From NCBI RefSeq assembly GCF_001194135.2, contig NC_068993.1:1500030-1564029 (forward strand): a DNA stretch of 64,000 bases, given 5' to 3'. This stretch comes from Octopus bimaculoides. Its lineage: Eukaryota. This document shows, in pieces, positions 53,001 through 64,000 of this stretch. The notes beneath the pieces are model-generated. The model worked only from the letters and a program-made list of their open reading frames with translations, had not been told where the DNA came from and ran no database searches. The position numbers and the translations under genes are program-made. Each line of letters opens with the position of its first letter. The stretch's first letter is position 1.

Positions 53001-56000
53001 GCAAAGGTGAGCAGATTCTTGTGGCAGTTTAACTCTTTAAAAAGAAGTGGTGTAAAATAATTTAGGTCTTATATTTATTTTGGTTTAAGAAATAATAAAA
53101 TCTAAAGAAATTTTAGTGATGATCACATCAACATTTGGTAATTAAAGAGTTTAGAAGTAAAATAACTAAAACAATAAATATATAGAAATATTTCCATCTT
53201 TTTAGATCTCTTTTCTTTCTATTAATGAAAAATAACAAAGAGTTATCATTTCTTGGCATTTCCTTTTGCTAGGAACAGACTTTTCTTTGAATAATTTATC
53301 TTGATACACAAAGCCATACAGTCTTTCTTTTGATAATACTTTCAGCATCAAATTCCAATTCACCAACAGTACACCTGACCCCCGCCCCGCCCTCATTTCT
53401 TTTTTCTTTAGACTTTTTCACCGTTATGTTTTCTGATGAGTTGTGGTGCAGCACCTGATCACTGAGTGCAATAAGTTCATTATTATTATTATTATTATTA
53501 TTATTTAATATTCGAAACAAGTGATACAGTAATTACACTGATTGTAATTACTTGTATAGGGCAGTGGTGGTGGGTATGTAAGGGTTGGAGAAGATAATTA
53601 CTAATATCAGATTAAAATGATAATCTATGCTAAATGTCTAATTATTATCAGCCATGTTAAGAAATATGACTCTATAATTTTGGTTTTGGTTTGGTTCCAG
53701 AAAGAACTACTTAAATCACGGCAACAACTTGACGATTTAGATCGTTGTATATCACAGCTGAAGTCTGTAAGTAGTTTATAAGAGGTTTCTTGTTTATAAA
53801 AAATATAAATTTTACATTTTGTTTTATGATTGGCAAAACTTGAAAAAATATATACAAAACCCAAGGTTGTTGTTAGAAAAAATGAGGGCAGATTCTGCTG
53901 TGGCCCTTGTTGTGGTCAAGATCTCAGGTTTGTGAGACTGATGTGATTGATAGTCATCTGAAACATCTAGCTGAATGGTATCATTGAGAACCGGACAAAC
54001 GTGCGGCTTGCCAGTGACCCTTCATGTATGATCGATAAAGGTATGCTGGTGGAATTCCTCTTTTCTCATCAAAATATATGAGTTGTTGAAGAAATAGTTC
54101 AAAGTGGGTGATGGATTACATTTACCACCCAAATACAAGAATGGACCCTCTGATGAGATTCTTCAGTTTCTGCCTTCCTCATTAAACTTTCAAGGCCCCG
54201 CGAGAAGTCACTTGCCTAAGGTGCTGTGCAGAGGAATTGAACATGAAACTATAGCTGCAAAGCAATCTTCATAATGACACTTGTCATGCCTGGATAGAAT
54301 TCTTTATTCCATATTGACACAGTTCTCCTCACTGTCTGTAGAAATAGGTACCAGCTCACCTGGGGAAATCACCCGTGGTAGACTGGTGTCATATCCAGGG
54401 GATTTATCTCTGTTTTATGCCATGAAACTAGAGCTAAATGCACTGGGCCCTTGGTGTAGGAGATTTGAAATATTTTGATAATCTTAAATTGTAGGAGAAT
54501 GAACAGCTCCAAATGGAATTGGAAGATTCAGAGACTCAGAACAGCAATAAAACAACCAGCCTGAAGAAACTGGAGATGTTGCTGGACAAAGTTCAAGAAG
54601 AAAAACGTCGCATGATACATAAAGTGAATAAACTAACGGCCAACGGTAAGTCAAGAAATCATCATCATCATCATCAGCAGCAACAACAACAGCTTATGTC
54701 TTCTTTCCATGATGGTATGAGCTGAAATCATTAATTTGATTTAAAAATTATTAATGAAACAACATCAACTTCTGTTTTTTTTTGCTGAAGAGGAAATTAA
54801 TTTCAGTTGAGTATCAGCAGGATAATTTGTCCTTGCAATGGTAGATTAATTGTTCACTCATATTCATAATGAAATATAAATATATATATGTATATATGTG
54901 TGTGTGTATGTATATATATCACTCACAGATCTCTTAGTTTTATGAACTGAGGTGAATAGGATGCTAAAGAGGTTTAATGATATTGAAACATGTCTATTGC
55001 TTTCACCAGCAAAAAACAATAATAAGACAGTGAAATGATTCACAGGAAATATTGTACAACCATACAAGAAAAGTTTACCATTATTCTTAACTTTAATTTC
55101 CAATGTTTCTCAAAACATCTTTTTATATACAGAGTCTGTGTCGTCTGTTTATCAAAAATACAAATATCTGAAGAAAAAACAAAAAAATAGGTTTTTTTTT
55201 TTAATAATTGCTCACAATGCTGAAATTTTCTTTTTTGTGAAAATATTTACATTCTGTTGATGTCATAAGGATTTAAGAACTTCAAGAATGTGAAATAATT
55301 CTTTATAGGAAGAGTGAATCTCAAAGTAAATAAATCTCCAATTAAGTCTACATTGAGTTAAAACATTTGGGATAGAAGTCAAAGGTTGCTTGTGGGACTT
55401 CTTTTTAAAATGTTTTTGGTTGTTATTTATAGCTTTATTTGCTTCAAGTTCCACCGTTCTTTAAAAGAGATTACATTTTATTTTTTAAAAATTTTCTGAT
55501 ATCAGAGAAAGAACTGATTTTAGAGAATGAACAGCTAAAGCACAGAGGCGCCATAACCAAAAAAGGTAAAGTTCCACCTCGAGTCGAAAGTTTGATTAAA
55601 ACTCTTGAAGAAGACCGAAACTATTACCGTGACCAAGCTGCGAGTCTACAAAAGACGATACAAAATGATTCGAGTGGAAACAGCAATCGGAAGATCACCG
55701 GTGGGTCTAGACTGACTAGGTCCAGGTCAGCAAGTCCTAATAAAGAAATGATATCTCTTCCTGATAAACTTGACAAGAAGGTGAGTCGACTTTATTGTCT
55801 AAGCTTATGCTCAGAATTGTTTAGGAATGTAAATAAAAATGTCTGAGTTGTGGCAATCAATCGGAGTGGATCTTGTAAAACAGTCCCAAAATAATTTGGA
55901 CCAAATTCATATTTTATATCTTTCAGACATTAAATGAAAGTTAAGATTAAAGAAATTTATTTTTAAATGATTTCCTAATAAGAGAAAGTATTACAAATTT

Positions 56001-59000
56001 TTGATGTTTTTTGTTTTTTTTTAATGTGGAAAGAACTCAGCATTTGGTACAATTTGGGAAAAAAGAAAGGAAAAAACGTTTGTTTTGTGTCTGTAATAAC
56101 ATCTTTTACTATTTCTGAGAAGCCTTTCAGGATTTTAGCTGTGACTAACCTGAATTCTATTTTGGAAATTCTCTTCAGAAGAATTCTGGCAAATTTGAGA
56201 TTCTTGTTGTCTAAAATTCTGTTTTACAGAGGTTTGGTTGCAGGCTTCACATTTAATTAAGTTGAAACAAACAAACAAAATTTTAAAAATATATTTTCAA
56301 GTTTTGCAACAACTAAAATGAACACCATTGAATAAATAAATAAATGTTTATTTTTGGCAAGAAAAAAAAAAGTGAGCGGAAGTAGTTAGTATTTAGACAG
56401 TTTTTCTTTGTTCCTCATGAGACCTGTGATAGAATATAAAACTAACGGTTGGGTGCCAAGCCATTTTTAACATAGTGTCTACAATTCCTTTTTTGTCAAT
56501 GCCATGATGCCATTGTGAAAGATCGGAATTACAATTAGAGTTTTCTGGTGGACTTTTCACTTGGATATTGTTAACACATCGACGGCATTTGAATTTATCA
56601 TGTGTGTCACTCTTAGTGTCTTCATTCAGTTGAAACAAATTTCTTAAATCTTCCCGGCTAAAATGCCTCTCTGCATCTTCATTATCGACCACACAACTAC
56701 TTAATGCCTTTTTGTGTGCTTGGCGCTGGAAGATCATTTCTTCAATTGAGCCAGTGGCAACAAGTCTGTAAATGTAACATTGCTTCTTTTGTCCATCACG
56801 CCAACATCTGGCCATAGCTTGGTCGTCATTGGCTGGATTCCAATCAGGATCAAACATCACTAAGCGATTAGCGCCAATCAAATTAAGGCCACACCCACCG
56901 GCTTTGCTACTGAGCATGAAAATAAATGCTGTACTGAGTGGATCATTGAATTTTTCAACAATTTTTGCTCGTTTTTTCACCGACATTGTTCCATCAAGTC
57001 TGACCCAGGAATAGTTTCTCTGTTTACATAAATTTTCAAACAAGTCTAAAGTATTTGTGTAATTAGAAACCAACACTACTTTATCATTGGAGTTGGCTTT
57101 TATCACAGCCAGCAGATAATCTAACAAAAGGAATTTACCAGATAATTCTGGCAACAAAATTTTTGGATTATAATTGCCAGGAAATACCCCAAGACAGTTT
57201 TCAAAGCCATCAACCTGTTGAATGCATTTGTCATAAATCAAATCAGGGTGGTTACACAGTTTCTTCAAAGATGTGATGGCTGCAAGTGAACTTGCTGTCA
57301 TTTTCCCATCTCGGTTTTCAATTAAAGCTTGAGCAGCTTTAGATTTCACAAACCGTTTGTACAATTCCATTTGGATTGGCGTCATATTACAGCAGATAAC
57401 CTGTTCAATTTTCACGGGGAGATATTTTGTTAGTAGTTCTTGTGTACGACGAATAATACATCTGTTGACTGTTTCTAATAATTCTTTTAGTTTTTCTTGA
57501 CCTTTTTGGTGTTCAGCATCAGAAGCATCAGCATCCCTTCCTCGAAGAATAGGATTCTCAAAATTCTTCTTGAATTCTTTAGCAGTTCCCAAAACTCCCA
57601 TATTGACAAAGTGAACTAAACTGAAATACTCCAAAAGATCGTTCTGGATTGGTGTACCAGACAATAACAGTCTTTTCTGAACATTAAGTTTGTCTAATGC
57701 TTGGTAGGTTTGGTTCTCTGAGTTTTTGAGTCGATGTCCTTCGTCACAGATGATCAGACCTACACTACCCTGGTGAAGTACTGCTGCATGAAGTCGGAAT
57801 GTCTCATAGGAAATAATTAACACGTTATTAGTGATTCGGTGACCCTGTGATCTCATGAAGTGATTTAAATTGCGGTCAATTTCACTCTTACTGCCCGAAT
57901 CCACCACCAACGGGTTTATCTTCCCCGGTAACCATTTATTGATTTCGTTGGCCCAATTCTTGACCAAACTGCTGGGAGATACAATGGCAGCTTTGTTAAT
58001 CATTGGACAACAGTCTGGACTCTGGCGAAGCAGTGTCCACATTAATGTGATACACTGCAACGTTTTCCCTAAACCCATTTCGTCAGCCATTATACAACCG
58101 TAACTGTTTTCTATCTGTTGTCCAGTTACACAATCGTACATAAATTTAACCCCTTCTCGTTGATGAGGACGTAACACTTTGGACAACAAAGGGTCAACAA
58201 CTACATGGACAGGCAACTTTTCAGAGTTCATTTTCACCAGCTCATGAGCTGAGAGTTCCGGTGGAGAATACAAAATCAAGGCCCCTTCTTCGTCAGGGTC
58301 GTGCAGAGCATTTCGAGTTCCTTGCCTACGAACTCCCAAAGCTTTACTGGAAAGCGTCGCGCCTGTATAATTTAGAATTGGTATTCGGAAAGGCTTCGAT
58401 AAGATTTTACGGATAAAGGCCTCATGTTCAGAATGATTAGGTGTGGCGTATATGAATTTATTGTTGTCAAGGGTTGTCAAAGCCGGACGTTGTGATGCTG
58501 ATGATGATACTGATGATGTATCAAGAGGTCGGCATTTTTTAAACTGAGTGAAATGGTTAACATCATCGAGTTTCCTTTTACAGGTTGATACTTTACTCGG
58601 GGCTAGACTTCGCCGCATCCTTCTACCACTCCGACTAGATTTATCACCAATACAATGTTGTGTGTGTGTGTGTATTACAGTAAAATACTTGGTCTAACAA
58701 TCGGGAATATTCAAAATAAACATGGTCGACGACAATAAAAATGTTCTTTTTTACAAAGTTTGTTGTTTAATACGAGAAAATTTACTCACTTCTGTCGGCA
58801 GCTAACAAACACTCATAATTAACTCGTAATTAATTAATAATTAACAGACAATGATCGAAATGTCTGTTTCCACGTTTACCCGCCATATTATTTGTAATCT
58901 GTACAACGCCCTCTATCCACGTTTAACTTCATAAATCAGAGTCATCTCCCTTGTTTCGTCTACTTTCGTTTGTTTTCCTTCAAATGTCTAATTCCGTTCA

Positions 59001-62000
59001 AAATTTGAACTCTCTTTGTTTCTAATTAAATTTCAATTGGAAATTTCGTCTTTGCAATGTTTTTGCTCAGGTTTTCATTTTTTAAAAATTTGTTTCTCTC
59101 ACCCTTTACCTTTGTTCTGAAATCGCCCCTCAATTCACACCTGATGTCTTGAAAAGAAAGGATACATTGAGCTGTTTAGACTCTCAAATACAAAGAGGCA
59201 GTGATCATGGCTGGAGTGCCTTCTGCGCAGAAGTCTGCTGGGTCCTGGTCGAATGGGATTAAAAAATAACACCAACAAAAAGCTTTCCGGCGATCTTTCG
59301 GTACGAATCCTAAATATCGGCCTTTTCCGTAAAAAGTGTCTTCGGCGATCTTTACCAAAGATCGGCCTTTTCCATAACACCCGCACGATCTTCGCTACGG
59401 TGTTAGGGTTAGGGTTTTAGTGTCAGAGGGACGGAATTCCCTAACGCAAACCCTAAAACCCAAACCCTAACCTAACCCTAACTCGAAACCCTTCAAAATA
59501 AATCGCGCTCTCTGTATGTCTTTCGCTGTTATGACGTCGTTTCCCTGTTTCTCTCCAACACTTTTTACGGAAAACGCCGATCTTCGGTAAAGATCGTGGA
59601 AGACACTTTTTACGGAAAAGGCCGATATTTAGGACTCGTACCGAAAGATCGCCGTGTTGTGGTTAATGTTTTATTGAAAGCTGAGAATTTCTTTTGTGCA
59701 GAACAAAAACAGGAATTTAGTCATGACAATGAAATTAAAAAAACTTAACTTCATATATAGCTGTGTATATATATGTGTGTGTGTTAGTGTGTGTCTATTT
59801 CTATATAGATATGTATATATATATGTATAAGTTTCGTTGTGTGTTTCCACATACCAATAGTTGTTTGTATATTTATATTTTTAGACAATTTCTCATTATG
59901 AACGAATATGTCAGTTGTTGGAGCAAGAACGTGATTACTTTAAATCCGAATACGAACAGCTGAAAGCTATCAGGAGATCCACGAGTCCCAAACGTCCTCA
60001 ATCTAACAAGGTGAGATTCCATTCTTCTGCTGTCTTTGGGAGAAAACCTTTCTAAAAGAAGTGGATGTCAACCTTAAATGACTTCAATTAGTTTTAGTGT
60101 TAACATAACCAATGAAGTGAGCATCAATAATTAATAAGAGATAATTGCATGACGAGGAAAAGACAATATCACTCAATGATTTGTATTATTTTAATAAACT
60201 TGGCAAGTGTAGGAGATAATTCCAGTCATGTTTCAGTTTTGTTAAGTCTCTTCAGCAAAGTATAAACTTCACTATACTTGCTAAATTAATGAAAAAAAAA
60301 ATTCCTGAGTTGGTGTACAATATTGTACATGCAACACACACACAGATTGATTATTAGTTGTTTCCTCAATGTAAATGACAGTTTTTTTACTTTAGTTTTG
60401 CCATTTAGCCTCCCCTAATTGCAGAAACCTATGGTTGAAGATATTCCAGCCATATTCTTCCCAACAGTTTCCAGTGCACAAGAAATCTTGCACTAAATTA
60501 TCCCATGTGTCCCTTTATATTAGGAGAATGTAATTTGAGAGAGAGCTAAATACTTGTTCTTTCAAGTCAGCTAATTAGAATTCAATTATTAACATAATAT
60601 ATGTATATTTAGCCTCATTCTGGCAAGGGTTATCTCCCTTAATCTTTGTATTTAGAATTAACCATTAAACTAATAAGTTTTTCTCGCCATGGTTAATTTA
60701 CTTTTTAACTGTTCCATGCTATTCAACGGATCTGTCTACGTCTACCTTGTTCTCTCGTTTCTTTGGACAGTATATTACATGAGAAAAAGTTGCCAGCCTC
60801 GGGCTTAACCCGTTCCTATTTCTTGAAGGAAAGGAACACTGTGAATGGTTTTCCACAGCACTTTCACGGCACTGTGAACTTGAATTCTGAGAGAGAGAGA
60901 GAGAAAAGTTCTTTAATTCGATTCGATGTAATTTTAATTGTTTGAACCATTTTCGTTGCCTTAGCTTATCACCACCCAGCTGCACTCTTTCACAGGTTCC
61001 TGCGACTCTGTTGCCATCCAATTCTATTATTCATATTTGGATTTGAGATTTGAGTCATGATGAATCTTCTATTTGTTGATTCCATCGGATGTGTTGCAGT
61101 TACTCTCTTGATTGACCTTGGTGACTCTGACCGTTGACCTTCTTGGATTCCTCTGCTCAGCATCAATGTAAGAAGCACCATTGGCTTAGTTGAGCCCTTC
61201 TGCTAACCCCTTCACTGCCCACTGTGCTGCAGTCCCATGACTTTGCTGCATCCCTGGCCAAAGGGCAGCCGGGAACTGTGCAGGTTTTGGTTATTACTCC
61301 ATGAGCCATTTCCAAAGTTCCCACCTACCCTAGCACACAGAAATGATTGCATAATGAATTATTTGTACTAATAATGAGGAAAGCACAAAGATACTTGGCC
61401 TAGTGGTTAGGGGTTAGGGGCTCACAATCATGATAGCGTGGGTTCAATTCCTGGACAAGACATTGTGTCCTTGAGCAAGGCTATAGTCTCCTCTCCTGAA
61501 CATGAGAACCTGTTAGGTGCTGGTGCAGCCCTCTCCAACATCATCTGTCACATCTTAAATGTGCCACTGGGTCAAAAAATGGGAGGTGGATGACTGGTTG
61601 TCTGTGTCTGCTCATGACTCCACAGGCACCTAAAACAATTAGTGAAAGCATGGTAGATGCTAGCAAACCCTACTTGCTTGCAGTTGATGGCTGGCTCTTT
61701 CTTTACTAGTGATGATAGCAACCCTTTATGTTGCTCAGATGAACAGTTATGATTTGTCACTCATGTTTCTGAACATTTATTGTTAGAACCAGAATTTCAA
61801 TGACGAAGAATTGCAGAAAGCAAGAGAAGAAAGGGACAAGATGAAAGACATGCTTGAGAAATTTGAACGTCATATGAACGAGGTAAGAATTGTATGTGTG
61901 TGTGTGTGTGAATTGAAGGCTAGGCAGAAGACTGTACCATGCTTCACTGCTTTGGCATGGTTTTTATGGCTGGATGCCCTTCCTTACACCAACCGCTGTA

Positions 62001-62332
62001 CAGAGTAGACTGAGATCAGTTTTGGCATGATTCTTTACAGTTGGATGCCCTTCCAAATGCCAACCACTTTACAATGTGGACTGGATGCCTTTCCTGTTGC
62101 CAACCATCACCTGTTTCTCTTCCATGGCCAGGCATGTTTTTCACAGAAGACTATTGGAAATGAAGGACACTGCTTGTATGCTAGTGACATTCATTTACAA
62201 CTGTTATGCAATATAAAGACAATGAGACATAGACATGCACTCACTCACTCACACACACAAACACATGCACACACACATTCATATATATATATATATATAN
62301 NNNNNNNNNNNNNNNNNNNNNNNNNNNNNNNN

Positions 62333-62363
<31 letters not shown>

Positions 62364-63610
62364 CATACATGATGGGCTTCTCTCAGTTTTCATCTACCAA
62401 ATCCATTCGGAAGGCTTTGGTTGGCCTCTGGCTACAGTACAAGACACTTGCCCATGGTGTCACGTAGTGGGACTGAACCTAGAATCATGTGGTTGGGAAG
62501 CAAAACCTCTTACCACACACCCACACCTGCTCCTTCTTCCCACAATATTTTTGCCTTTGAATCCTCGTCGTCATCGTCATCATTCTTGCTATTACAAATA
62601 CATTTTTATTTTGTTGTAGGTTCGTGCCAATGTAAAAGTGTTGACTAAAGAACGAGACAACCTCAAAGACATGTATGATGGAGTAAGTTCTTTGATTGGT
62701 TCTCATTTATCAATTATCTCATTCCTTTGTTTTTCTTGTGTCTGTGGTGGGGTGGTGGTGGAGAGGAGGTGGTTTGCTTGAACATGTGTCATTTTTCTGG
62801 GAGAAATTTTTTTTTGGTATGATGTTTTTTTTTATTTGTTTGTTTTATTGTTTGTTTCGTTTTCAGTTGCCAGGTGCAATCTGTATGTGCGGTGTGTGTA
62901 TGGTGGTGGTGGTGGTGTGTGTGTGTGTGTCTGAGTAAATTCTAATATACAATGCATTCCAAATGTACTGAGTCCTCTTCTGAATTGTGGGTTCTCTAGT
63001 CACACAATTGGTGCAGGGCAGGGGTGAGGATAGCAACGTTAAATATTGTCTCACCTGTTTACCTGGAGTAGGTAGTTGAGTTGAATCATTTGTCTACGTG
63101 GTGACTCCATTAACAATTGGTCCTGTGCCGAAGTCAAAAGGAATTATTATTGTGTTAAATGTTTAGTGCTGTTATTTGTTGAAACCATTGTATAGTTTTA
63201 TTGTAGAATAATTCTTGACAATATATTCCAAGAACTCTTGATAAAACAGTTTGGATTATGGCTTTTCTGTTTCAGCGCCATCCTTTGATTAGTTTCTGAG
63301 CAGTGTCGGTGGATGGAATGGAAACCTATTTTCTGCCTCTTTATTCTGTTATCTGATTCTTCTACTACAGTTTCATTTCCTTTAATTGCTCTCTAATTAA
63401 TTATCTGTAATAAATTATCTCATCATTTCGTTAAAGGCCAAGGAGGAACTCCAGAAATTGAGACGAGAAATACTTCGGTCTCCTAAATCACCCAAAACAT
63501 CGTTAGCTGCTCAAGCCGTGTTGCGCCAAGTGGAGAATGAACGAGACAATGCCTCAGCTGACCTTCAGAGAATAATGACGGAGAGAGACAGCTTACAAGA
63601 AAGGCTTCGG
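40384..63610 (+). CDS. CEP135: Centrosomal protein 135, spliced CDS span (12 exons, 3' part outside the window)
   Basis: Recognisable CEP135/Bld10 motifs: [71 protein letters not shown]. All exon phases are compatible. Confidence 0.95.
41352..41519 (+). CDS. CEP135: CEP135 coding exon 2
   Basis: ctttacag|[23 protein letters not shown]...HAVVQTP G|gtcagt. Confidence 0.95.
42098..42324 (+). CDS. CEP135: CEP135 coding exon 3
   Basis: tttttag|[14 protein letters not shown]...EAFKEQ|gtattg. Confidence 0.95.
42440..42900 (-). mobile_element. Family B repeat, minus orientation
   Basis: catcatcatcgtttaacgtccgccttccatgctagcatgggttggacg... is the reverse complement of the 20395-20868 copy, with internal tandem units. 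Confidence 0.75.
44110..44500 (-). mobile_element. Composite SINE (family C): tRNA-like head, CORE-like block, microsatellite, LINE-like 3' tail
   Basis: Minus strand gctgtgtggtaagtagcttgcttcccaaccacatggttccgagttcaatccc...ccttgggcaagtgtcttctactatagcc. Head copies near 46850, 37130 and 62376 (minus); tail copy at 49790-49985. Confidence 0.7.
46300..46555 (+). mobile_element. Family B repeat, plus orientation
   Basis: ttaggaagggcatccaactgtagaaac...ccaacccatgccagcac...ggacgttaaatgatgatgat. Confidence 0.7.
51625..51753 (+). CDS. CEP135: CEP135 coding exon 4
   Basis: cttttag|[43 protein letters not shown]|gtattt. Confidence 0.95.
52791..53006 (+). CDS. CEP135: CEP135 coding exon 5
   Basis: tgtatcag|[12 protein letters not shown]...ADSEIHVAK|gtgagc. 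Confidence 0.93.
53701..53766 (+). CDS. CEP135: CEP135 coding exon 6
   Basis: ggttccag|[22 protein letters not shown]|gtaagt. Confidence 0.88.
54495..54645 (+). CDS. CEP135: CEP135 coding exon 7
   Basis: attgtag|[11 protein letters not shown]...KVNKLTAN G|gtaagt. Confidence 0.9.
55506..55780 (+). CDS. CEP135: CEP135 coding exon 8
   Basis: atatcag|[12 protein letters not shown]...[11 protein letters not shown]...DKLDKK|gtgagt. Confidence 0.9.
56347..56352 (-). terminator. Candidate polyadenylation signal (AATAAA) of RAD54
   Basis: AATAAA on the minus strand about 40 nt after the RAD54 stop, followed by U/GU-rich sequence. Confidence 0.4.
56393..58618 (-). CDS. RAD54L: DNA repair and recombination protein RAD54 (SNF2-family translocase), intronless, nested in CEP135 intron 8
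   Basis: Uninterrupted 741-aa ORF with N-terminus MRRSLAPS, Walker [10 protein letters not shown], Walker [57 protein letters not shown] and the RAD54-type C-terminal KCRRC...WHH Zn-binding region. Confidence 0.97.
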   Translation of the reverse strand: MRRSLAPSKVSTCKRKLDDVNHFTQFKKCRPLDTSSVSSSASQRPALTTLDNNKFIYATPNHSEHEAFIRKILSKPFRIPILNYTGATLSSKALGVRRQGTRNALHDPDEEGALILYSPPELSAHELVKMNSEKLPVHVVVDPLLSKVLRPHQREGVKFMYDCVTGQQIENSYGCIMADEMGLGKTLQCITLMWTLLRQSPDCCPMINKAAIVSPSSLVKNWANEINKWLPGKINPLVVDSGSKSEIDRNLNHFMRSQGHRITNNVLIISYETFRLHAAVLHQGSVGLIICDEGHRLKNSENQTYQALDKLNVQKRLLLSGTPIQNDLLEYFSLVHFVNMGVLGTAKEFKKNFENPILRGRDADASDAEHQKGQEKLKELLETVNRCIIRRTQELLTKYLPVKIEQVICCNMTPIQMELYKRFVKSKAAQALIENRDGKMTASSLAAITSLKKLCNHPDLIYDKCIQQVDGFENCLGVFPGNYNPKILLPELSGKFLLLDYLLAVIKANSNDKVVLVSNYTNTLDLFENLCKQRNYSWVRLDGTMSVKKRAKIVEKFNDPLSTAFIFMLSSKAGGCGLNLIGANRLVMFDPDWNPANDDQAMARCWRDGQKKQCYIYRLVATGSIEEMIFQRQAHKKALSSCVVDNEDAERHFSREDLRNLFQLNEDTKSDTHDKFKCRRCVNNIQVKSPPENSNCNSDLSQWHHGIDKKGIVDTMLKMAWHPTVSFIFYHRSHEEQRKTV
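58790..59010 (-). promoter_or_regulatory. Candidate RAD54 promoter/5' UTR exon
   Basis: CpG-containing patch with TTTACCCGCCAT (58875-58886, E2F/YY1-like), inverted TTTGAA pair GTTCAAA-A-TTTGAAC (58996-59010, CHR-like) and a minus-strand donor gtgagt at 58789. Confidence 0.35.
59288..59656. mobile_element. Non-autonomous foldback/MITE-type DNA transposon with ~86-bp terminal inverted repeats and a telomere-like core
   Basis: 59288-59373 is the reverse complement of 59569-59654 with few mismatches. The interior has TTAGGG x2 (59403-59414) facing CCCTAA-like repeats (59439-59491). The right end reads CCGTG. Confidence 0.85.
59885..60010 (+). CDS. CEP135: CEP135 coding exon 9
   Basis: tttttag|[42 protein letters not shown]|gtgaga, phase 0-0. 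Confidence 0.85.
61787..61882 (+). CDS. CEP135: CEP135 coding exon 10
   Basis: ttgttag|[32 protein letters not shown]|gtaaga. Confidence 0.92.
62620..62682 (+). CDS. CEP135: CEP135 coding exon 11
   Basis: gttgtag|[21 protein letters not shown]|gtaagt. Confidence 0.92.
63437..63610 (+). CDS. CEP135: CEP135 coding exon 12
   Basis: gttaaag|[20 protein letters not shown]...[18 protein letters not shown]|gtaagc. Confidence 0.92.
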
Positions 63611-64000
63611 GTAAGCTGTAGTCTTCAGATTTTTTCTTTAATGAATTTATATTTTTATTATCATTTATAGGAAAAAAGAGGTCATTAATAACGCCTTTTG
63701 AGGTTGTTCTCAAAACTAAGATATCAGCCAAATGCAAGAATACACCTCACTAAGTCCCTTCAAGATGAGCTGGTTTAACTGTTTCTTTACCAACCTGGCT
63801 GAAACTGGCTCTGGCATACAAATGTCTTGTTTTCATAAGTTTTGAATTAAAATCTTCCACCAAACCTTAGTCACAATTCATGTTCCTAACACCAGCTGAA
63901 TGATGACTAAGTTATTTTAATAAATTCTTTGTTATATTTAAAGTAATTGAAAGAAACACAGAACATCTCAACAAAAAGGTTAAGAAATATATATTTGTTG

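Noticed and set aside
55998-56022. A-rich tract on the minus strand downstream of RAD54 as a retrocopy poly(A) remnant
   Set aside because: Indistinguishable from the many A/T runs in this genome, and no target-site duplication is visible.
60719-61181. Two overlapping antisense ORFs (63 and 100 aa) in a CEP135 intron
   Set aside because: No recognisable motif, non-ATG starts in the track, and one crosses a (CT)n tract. A BLASTX hit would be needed to revive it.
1-64000. tRNA-like A/B boxes and the many IYIY/CVCV/THTH/ERER ORFs
   Set aside because: The boxes are SINE heads without a cloverleaf, and the ORFs are translations of (TA)n, (CA)n and (GA)n microsatellites.

Overview
AT-rich, microsatellite- and SINE-laden eukaryotic genomic DNA with several N gaps. 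The composition and repeat families suggest a cephalopod, probably an octopus (inference). Almost all of the supplied six-frame ORFs are noise, and the real genes had to be rebuilt from GT-AG exons by hand. Four genes are supported. (1) One coding exon of a minus-strand F-box gene (1709-1812), absent from the ORF track. (2) A minus-strand INF2-like formin (CDS 29015 to 15603, 15 visible coding exons, one more probably in the gap at 17721-18165) with DID, FH2 and DAD but no proline-rich FH1. (3) Plus-strand CEP135 (ATG 40384, 12 coding exons to 63610, continuing past the window). (4) An intact, intronless 741-aa RAD54 (56393-58618) nested antisense in a CEP135 intron, probably a functional retrogene, with a telomere-repeat-containing foldback/MITE element just upstream. 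Smaller signals are a hammerhead-ribozyme-like fold in a dispersed repeat (7179-7244, decayed inverted copy near 4590-4790) and a perfect AG|GT recursive-splice-type site (3795-3826). No CRISPR array, rRNA, true tRNA gene or prokaryotic system is supported.
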